A stretch of DNA of 10,767 bases from a virus (Duplodnaviria > Heunggongvirae > Uroviricota > Caudoviricetes), in IMG/VR virus record IMGVR_UViG_2579779035_000009. One strand, written 5' to 3'. The notes under the pieces were generated by a model. The model saw only the letters and a program-made list of their open reading frames with translations. It was not told the DNA's origin and did no database searches. Both the position numbers and the translations under genes were made by a program. This document shows positions 1 to 7,800 of the stretch, piece after piece; the first letter of the stretch is position 1, and every line of letters starts with the position of its first letter.

Positions 1-65
1 TCGTGTTCAGAGTCATGTGAAATCTGGGGTGATCAATTGGAATTGGAATTCGAAGAGGTAGGGGT

Positions 66-410
66 ATGACAACCGAAATTAACTACCATGCACTGCTTGA
101 GCGCGCACGGAATAAAGTGCAGAGCATTGAGTTCGCCTTAACACAGAGTGCATTCGCTGAGATTCGCGCTGAGCTTGAAAATGATTTAGAACTGGCACGG
201 ATTGCACTGGCATCTCTGGAAGTTGAGCCAGATGAACGCGCAGCCTATGAATTATTTATGGAAAAGCGTTTCGGTAAAACAGTCGATCGTCGGAGAGCAA
301 AAAACGGCGATAACGAATACATGGCATGGGATATGACTCTCGGTTGGATCGTCTGGCAGCAACGAGCTGGTATCCGTTTTTCAACAATGTCACAGCAAGA
401 GGTGAAATAA
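66..410 (+). CDS. hypothetical protein (114 aa), function unknown, possibly island-associated
   Basis: ATG at 66 is preceded by a purine-rich Shine-Dalgarno-like run (GAGGTAGGGG). The 114-codon ORF has balanced, helix-prone composition and is co-oriented with the AlpA-like gene downstream. No family recognised by eye. Confidence 0.45.
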   Translation: MTTEINYHALLERARNKVQSIEFALTQSAFAEIRAELENDLELARIALASLEVEPDERAAYELFMEKRFGKTVDRRRAKNGDNEYMAWDMTLGWIVWQQRAGIRFSTMSQQEVK

Positions 411-541
411 TGGAGCCATACAGCCTCACACTCGATGAGGCCTGTCAGTTTCTTAAAATATCCTGATCTACCATCGCCGTCATAGAGCGTATTTTTATTA
501 CCTGATTTGCAGGTTCGATTCCCTATTCGGAGATAGCACTC

Positions 542-742
542 ATGCAACACGAACTACAGCCTGATTCACTGGTTGATTTGAAATTCATCATGGCTGATAC
601 TGGCTTTGGTAAAACCTTCATCTATGACCGGATTAAGTCAGGCGACCTGCCAAAAGCCAAAGTTATCCACGGGCGAGCAAGATGGTTATATCGTGACCAT
701 TGTGAATTCAAAAATAAGCTCTTAAGCCGCGCCAATGGGTAA
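542..742 (+). CDS. AlpA-family DNA-binding protein (phage/island excisionase-regulator-like), 66 aa
   Basis: Translation contains the AlpA-type pattern: TG-x5-IYD-x-IK-x-G-x-LPK followed by G-R-x-R-W (FIMADTGFGKTFIYDRIKSGDLPKAKVIHGRARWLY). Size of about 66 aa is typical. GGAGAT lies 8-13 nt upstream of the ATG. Assignment is from motif memory, not a search. Confidence 0.65.
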   Translation: MQHELQPDSLVDLKFIMADTGFGKTFIYDRIKSGDLPKAKVIHGRARWLYRDHCEFKNKLLSRANG

Positions 743-1140
743 AATAGCGGGTAAAATATTTCTCACATCTAAAAAACACCATTCCAATCAATCCCCTGCT
801 GCTTCAAGTAGATGTCTGCAGGGGACACCATTTATCATCCCCCTCGCAATAACCCACTTACAATCAGTGAGTTATCTTAAAATCCTTAGTATAGTCAACC
901 AGTACTTCGATATGTGAACGCAAATCATCATGCATTCGTGAACTTAACTGGAAACCTCCCCCATTCGATGTCAAAATGACTACCCCAATAAGTTGCCAAT
1001 AATCAGGCTAATCAATACGGGTCAGTCTTGCTGGTCAGTGATCATAAAAATGTCACCTCATATTAGACTCAGCAAATAATTGTGTCGATTAAACATACTA
1101 CCTTCAGCATAACCGTTCCTGAAAAATTATTATATTCAGT

Positions 1141-1233
1141 AATCTGAATAAATTACTGGCCTGCTATTTTTCTTAGCAACCATATTTAGCAGCAAGCCAG
1201 CAAATCTGAATGATTACAGATGCTGGCCTGCTG
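1141..1233. repeat. Intergenic repeat cluster: two imperfect direct repeats plus a 13-bp imperfect inverted repeat
   Basis: AATCTGAAT..TTAC..CTGGCCTGCT occurs at 1141-1166 and again at 1203-1232. CAGCAAGCCAGCA (1190-1202) is the reverse complement of TGCTGGCCTGCTG (1221-1233) with one mismatch and an 18-nt spacer. Read directly from the sequence. Confidence 0.55.
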
Positions 1234-1267
1234 AATCTCCCTTCTGGAAATCGTCAGAATCTAGTGA

Positions 1268-1798
1268 TTACTTACTTTGTTCTGGTTTCTCTTCATTCTT
1301 ATTGTGCACTTCCACTTTGGGTAATTTATTAAAAACCAGATTTTCTTTTTCAACCAGAGTCATGACTTCTTTGGTGATATCAGCTGACTCGTTATGCGCA
1401 AGCACAACACCTGAAGACAATACGGCAATATTTTTAGGATTGTCTTTTCTCCATGTGCCTATGGCATTATCTATCGCACGGGATAACACCATTTTTGCGC
1501 TATTTTCCTCAATAACATATTGTCGTTCCAGTTTTTGTCTGGCATCAAGAAGCAGCGCCTCTTTATTCGCGTTATCTGCGAATGTTTTTTGCGCATCCTC
1601 ATATCCTTTTTCAAGAATACTCTTAACCTCATTCAGATGCTTTTTGGCCATGTCTCCGGCGGTAGACTGATTATAAATAGCATCGATATTAACAACTGCA
1701 ATTTCTTTTGACTTTTTCATATAAAAAACACCAGTAAGTACAATCAGCAACAGCAGCACTACTGCATTAACAACAGAAAATTTCATTACAGAACTCAT
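1268..1798 (-). CDS. Skp/OmpH-family-like periplasmic chaperone paralog with N-terminal hydrophobic anchor or uncleaved signal (176 aa)
   Basis: N-terminus MSSVMKFSVVNAVVLLLLIVLTGVFYMKK is one roughly 20-residue hydrophobic helix with no obvious AXA cleavage site. After it, KEIAVVNIDAIYNQ resembles the Skp N-terminal strand (IAIVNxxxxxxQ), followed by a K/E/Q/A-rich helical middle. The C-terminal AHNESADITKEVMTLVEKE resembles the Skp C-terminal motif (AYNSSDVKDITADVLKQVK, recalled from memory). AGGG Shine-Dalgarno 8 nt upstream of the ATG; 47 bp downstream of the autotransporter stop on the same strand. Confidence 0.55.
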   Translation of the reverse strand: MSSVMKFSVVNAVVLLLLIVLTGVFYMKKSKEIAVVNIDAIYNQSTAGDMAKKHLNEVKSILEKGYEDAQKTFADNANKEALLLDARQKLERQYVIEENSAKMVLSRAIDNAIGTWRKDNPKNIAVLSSGVVLAHNESADITKEVMTLVEKENLVFNKLPKVEVHNKNEEKPEQSK

Positions 1799-1815
1799 TA
1801 TGACAACCCTGAGGT

Positions 1816-1836
1816 GGCAGGAGGGCCCCTCCCGCC
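1816..1836 (-). promoter_or_regulatory. GC-rich intercistronic stem-loop between autotransporter stop and chaperone RBS
   Basis: GGCAGGAGGG (1816-1825) pairs with CCCTCCCGCC (1827-1836). As minus-strand RNA this gives up to about 7-9 G-C-rich pairs including one G-U wobble. No U-tract follows on the transcribed strand, so it is not a canonical intrinsic terminator. Confidence 0.4.
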
Positions 1837-1845
1837 CCTGTGTGA

Positions 1846-4800
1846 TTAGAATATATATTTAATACCCAGCATTGCCTGGGCATCACTGTACCCTTTATCG
1901 CCAGCCTGAACACCAACATTGCCCCAGACACTCAGGTTATCTGACAATTTACCCTGAACACCCGTTTTGACTTCAGCAATATTTGTAGCTCCGTCCTGAC
2001 TGAGTGCCGTATTATCCATTTTGACACCCCAGCTCCGTGTATTATGGATCCAGTTAACTTCCACAAATGGCTCAAACTGATGCGCCTTATTATCATCAGA
2101 CGCACTCTTACCTTTCAGGTAAGTTCTGACGCCCAGACGACTCTGGATATTACCGTCTCCGCTGAGCTGAACTTTCGTGCCATTCTTCTCCGTATGCTCA
2201 CTGGCTCTTACATTCATCCACGTGATCTGGGACTGCGGCTGAATATACCAGTCATAGTGGCTACCCTGGCTACCGATAAATTCGCCGGCTTTAAAGGTAT
2301 AACCCGCTTCCACTGAACCGGTAAATCCACGGGATTTCCAGGACTCCGCAGCCAGTTTTTCACCATTAACGGTATTATTAAACCATCCGTACTGGATCCA
2401 GGTATCGACATAAGCCCCGTTGTCACTACCGTCATTCTGCTGCCACGTTCCGTATAAACCGGTGCTGTATCCATTGATCGCACCTTTAGATTTATATCCC
2501 GAAAGCGAGGATGTCGTGGAACTCTTCTCATTTCCATAACCGGCCATAATCCCCAGTTGCAGACGGTCCTGACCGTCAGTCCATTGCGCAATGCTGCCAC
2601 CCAGTTGCACAACATAACGGTTACTTTGCGTATTCAGCTGTGAACTGCTGTCCTTCCAGCGATTATGACCGCCGATATGACGCATCCACATACTTGTTGC
2701 TTTCTTCTCACCAGTAAACACATCGGTATAGTAAGTTTCCCCCTCACGATCGTGCATTCTGATGTTGAACAGCGTGTTGGCTGCCGCTATGTTCGCAATA
2801 TAAGAGCCCGCTTCCGGACGATAGACCTTCTGTACAGGTTTATCCGGCGTGGGGTGTGGCTGTGGCTGCGGTTGTGGCTGCGGCTGCGGTTGTGGTTCTG
2901 GCGGCAATTCAGAACGCAGATACCAGTTACCGTCAGTACCACCCGCATTACCTTTATGCAGGAAATATTCCCATGCCCCTGCCACCGCACGGTTCTGCAG
3001 TCTGAAGTTACCGTCAGAATGCCCACCGACATGCACAATCTCAATGCCGTCAGCGGTCTGAGCCCCCTGGCCCCGGACATTATTCACCACCACGCCGGTA
3101 TCACCGGAGGTGTTACCCGTGACAATCAGTTTGTCAGTGGCAGAAGTATCATCCCCCAGCACGGTATTGATAATTAACGTACCGCCACCGGTGTAATCGC
3201 CATTTACGGTCAGGGTATTTCCTGTCTTACCACCGGCCAGACGAATGACGCCGGTATTGGTCAGTGAACCAACCGTAAAATTGCTCGCCTCTGCCGTTTC
3301 ATAACCTGAGAGAGCATTCAGTGATGCCAGTGTTCCCTGGTTATTAACCTGACCCGAAACGGTCCCCAGCCCACTCAGTGTGCCGCCATTAAGAACATGA
3401 ATGTTTTTGGATCCTGACAACGTCGCACCAGCGGCACGGGTGACTGAATCATCACCGACAATCAGAACGCCATTCTCAACCGTGGTATCACCGGTATAAG
3501 TCAGCTCATGATTAATAATCAGATTACCCGCCCCCTGTTTCACCAGAGCGCCGGAGCCAGTAATATCATTCTTCAGTAACCAGTTTCCACTGGCGGTAAG
3601 CCAGGTGACACCATCACTGTCAATCAGCCCGGTGCCCAGGTGTTTTTCATCTGAAGCCCGCAGAGCAGCATCTTTCTGCACACGGAATTCACCGCTGAAA
3701 TTACTGTTATCCCCGGAAAGCGTCAGATCAGTGGTGTTCAATATACCCACTGAACCTTTTCCGGAAAGCGATTTACTCAGGTTACTGCTGACTCCGCTAC
3801 CGTCGGCGATATCAATCGCCAGGCGATCACTAAGGCTTTCAAAGCTGATGGAACCCTGGCTTCCCAGCCCCTGTGCGCCGTTCATTTCAACCAGCGCCCC
3901 CTGGGTAAGGCTGGCATTACCGGTAAACCCGATATTGGTGCCATGTACCGTCAGGTCGCTGCCCGTGACAGCCAGCGTTCCCTCACCGGACAGCACGTTG
4001 TTTTCAATGACGCCACCATTATCATCGCCCGGCTGACGCTGCGTGCCGCTGACCGTTAGCACACTACCGCTATCAAGCTGAATGTGCGATCCCGTTTCTG
4101 TCTGCAGTACACCGACAGTCTGGCTGTATCCGTTTGTTCTGAAGACGGCATTGCTGGCGACGTTCAGATTACCTGTTGCGCCAAGAACATTGTCATTTGC
4201 CATCTGTAATGTGCCGCTGCGCACCAGCGTATCCCCGGTATAGTTATTACCGCCGTTAGACAGTGTGACAACCTGCCCCGCAGCTTCGATGGCCAGATCC
4301 CCTGCCCCCGTTAACTGTGCGCCAAGATCTGTCTGCAGTCCTTGGGCATTCGCTCTCGGTGTCAGCACCAGCGCTTTATCACCGGTTCCCTGTAAATCCA
4401 GCGACTTCAGCCCATAGCCTATGTACAGTCCGTCACCTTTAATCCCGTCGGAGCTTCCCAGCAGCTTATAGTCATAATTTCCCTGAGCTACAACTTCACC
4501 GCCCTGAGTGACATCAAACGTCTGACTGTGAGAAATAGCCTGCCCGTTTTCATCCACCAGTTGCAGTTGCCCGCCAGTACCGGTGACGGTACCCGCTGCA
4601 TTCACCAGTGTGACCAGGGTCTGCGCATCATCCTGCTCCAGCAAATTCTTACGGGTATCAACAGCCGGAATATCATTAATCACTTCATCTGGCATGGTGA
4701 CCTGAATTGTGCCTTTCCCCCGAATATCCAGCGTACCTGCAGCAGAGGTTTCAATACTGTTGCTGGCAATGGTATCGCCCGGCATAACGGAACCAAAAAT

Positions 4801-7800
4801 CAGCGTTCCGCCATTGAACCCAAGACCGCCAATCTGCTGAACACCGGAGCCAACCGTTGTGATATTCCCGCTTTCAGACATCAGCATTGCATGGGTTAAC
4901 CCGCTCGTATTCAGCCCTTCCAGAGCAAAGCTACTGGTACCCAGCTTCAGAGTTCCGGCAAATTGATCCCCGACGTTATGGCTGAATTCAAAAGCAGATG
5001 TGTCGGCATCAAGACGGGCAGACAGTGTTCCTTTGCCTGTTAACAGTGGATCAAAGGTAAAGTTGCCTGCAACTGCAGGAATAATGGCCAGTTCGCTGCC
5101 CGATTCAATATCGACGGACCCCGGGCCGGTCCCCCCATCGGTCAGCACAAGAGCTTCCTTCAGAGTGACAAGTGAACTGTTCTTCAGCCCGACATGTTCA
5201 AAATTCTGTAGTTTTACAACAGAATCCAGCGTATGAATGGCGTTATCAAAAATCAGGGAATCAGAATCTCCCTGCCCGCCATCCAGCAGGTTCCAGGTTG
5301 CCCCTTCGCCTTTAATGGTGAAGGTGTTCTTCCCGGTACCGGCAGTAACCTGATCAACATGAGCCTTACCATTGAGTGTTACATTATTATTGCCATTTCC
5401 TGCAGTCACTTCTCCTGTCAGTGTGCTGCCATCATCAAATAAAAATGTATTGTTACCCTCTTTTGCACTGACGGTTCCGGTAATACTGCCTTTATTGGTG
5501 AATGTGTTATCACCGCCGTTCAGAGCCACAACCCCCTGAATTTCAGCACCGCTGTCATTCAGTACGGTGGTATTCACTGCGTCATCAAACGCCATTGCAG
5601 TCCCGGTGGCGGACGCAGCTTTAATCTGACCTTTATTGGTAAAGGACTGTGCTTTTGAAGCATCCACTACGGCATGACTCAGAGAAGCAGAGATGAGATT
5701 ACCGCTCTGAACCACTTCACTGGCCGCATTGTTAACCACCAGAGCGGAACCGCCATCGGCCTGTGTAACATTGACACTTGCACCACTCTTCACGACAGCA
5801 CCATCTTTAGTGTTGGCAAAAATACCCGTGCCGCCCGTGCCTTTCAGATTAATGACTAATCCAGCGGAGTCAGACATATCCAGGTTAATATCGGTTTCAC
5901 TTCCGTCAGCTTTCTGGAACGCCAGTGCAATTCCACTGCCGTCTACATTAATAGTGCCGCTGTTGGTCTTGGCCAGAGAAGCAGAAGTCCGCACACCAAT
6001 GCCATCAGCCACATTAATTTCAGTCGTATTGGTTAACTGAATGCCTTCAATTTCTGCACGGTTCTCAATCCCGTGACCGACCGCACCTGCAGCATTAACA
6101 TTGATTTTCGCACCATCAATAACCAGCCCCACAGCCCCTGTATCCAGCAGGATGCCATGCGCATTTTTCTGACCTTCGATCGTTCCCAGGCCACTCCCTG
6201 CCAGGTTCAGTGACGCGCCCGCCCCCAGCTTAATGGCAGCCTCACCATCCACAGCGACGATATCCCCTCCCGTGCTGGTAATCTGAGCGTGTTCACCTTC
6301 AACAAATAATGCAACGCCATTGACCGCTATACGGCTTCCTGTATTTTCAAAACGACCATTATCAACCCAGACGCCGATATTATCTGTACCGGTAGTGAAA
6401 TCAATGTTGCCGCTGTTAATCAACAGTCCCTGATTACGCGTAATAAAGCCCTTGGCATTATTCAGCGGCGAAGAGATATCTGCCTCATTGGTAATAACCG
6501 AGCCAGTATTCGTTTGTGTAATACTGCCATCCAGAGCGTATTCATTTCCGTCAACTTCCGCGACAACAGCGCCATCCCCTACAAGGTTAACTGATGCCCC
6601 CTGTTTCAGCGTCGCTGTCGCACCACCAGTTACATATAATCCCTGAGCCTGAGCCCCCAGGATCTGGAAATCACTGCCAGCATCAGCCAGGACATTGCTC
6701 CCTTTCCCTGTGGCCCAGATACCACGGCTGCCTGTCCCGGAGGTTTTCATCAGCAGAGAGCCGGCCTGTTTTGCCCCATCTTCAATACGGAAAAGTACAG
6801 AACGTTCCCCACTAGCATCCAGCAGAGTTCCCGCTGCAATATTCGTCTTAATGGTTGCACCATCTCCGATAATACGAAAAGCAATCTGATCGGTAATACC
6901 AGAGCCGTCAGCAGCAAAGTTCGGTACTGCCGAACCATCAAGGTTAACAGTCCCTTTATTGCTGGCCTCAACGCCAATCGCCCCCTGTCCCTGCAAAGAT
7001 ATAGTACCCGCGGTCATATTAACCGTTGTTGTTGTACCAGATGCTTTTATACCCGTTGTACGGTTAGCATTATCTCCCCCCTTGAGAACGAGATTTCCCG
7101 AGTTATTAATCGTTGTAACATCTTGTGTGGCATTAGCAATTAGTCCCACACCACCATCCTGAACTGTAATATTTCCGCTGTTGGTACCAACAGCCCCCTC
7201 CTCAACCCGGACGCCCACTGTATTCTTTCCAGTAAAGATGATATTACCGGTATTATTTAGAGTGGCCCCATTACGGGCGATATACCCGGTCACTTTATCC
7301 TGGGTGGAACTTAACTGAGCCCCCGCCGTTAATAGTGTGGTCTTGTCCTTCGGATTAATGAGTTTGCCGGAAATATCATAGCCATTGCCATCCGCAATAC
7401 CGGCTATCGCACTGGCATTATCCATATTGATAATGGCATTACTTTCAATTGTGCCCTGCGCTCCCCCTTCAATTAAAGTCGCTGTAGCCCCCTCACCCGT
7501 CAGGTTGATGGTCATTCCTCCAGACGTTACTGTCGAGGCCACACCGCCATCCGATTTTCCCGTGGCAATAAGTGCATAAGAGTTCTTACCAGACGCCGTA
7601 AGTGCAGAAGAAGCATCTGCAGTTCCCTGGAATGTCGCACCGCTGGCAATACGGAATAATGTTGAGTTTTCAGTGGACACATCCATAACACCGCTTCCGG
7701 TATTATGAATGGCAGAGTCCTTTCCATAAACATAAAAGCCTATCTGATCGCTGCTGCCAAATAGCACTGCACCATTGCCTGACAGGGTCAGACTGCCGCC

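Noticed and set aside
505-525. GGTTCGATTCC motif resembling a tRNA T-arm (possible tRNA or att-site remnant)
   Set aside because: Flanking bases do not form a T-stem (only about 2 complementary pairs), and there is no acceptor stem or CCA context. Most likely chance similarity, though a degraded att remnant cannot be fully excluded without the island boundary.
245-550. Minus-strand 101-aa ORF overlapping the 66..410 ORF and the AlpA-like gene start
   Set aside because: Antisense to a better-supported ORF with an RBS, and its composition is Cys/Arg-rich with no recognisable motif.
735-917. Plus-strand 60-aa ORF after the AlpA-like gene
   Set aside because: It overlaps the AlpA-like stop, has no convincing RBS, and its sequence is low-complexity. 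Probably non-coding intergenic DNA.
1302-1711. Plus-strand ORFs 1302..1670 and 1520..1711
   Set aside because: Antisense to the Skp-like gene, which has a good RBS and recognisable family motifs.
2849-3061. Plus-strand ORF beginning MGCGCGCGCGCGCGCG (70 aa)
   Set aside because: It is the reverse-complement reading of the (PQ)n-encoding repeat inside the autotransporter gene, so it is an antisense artefact.
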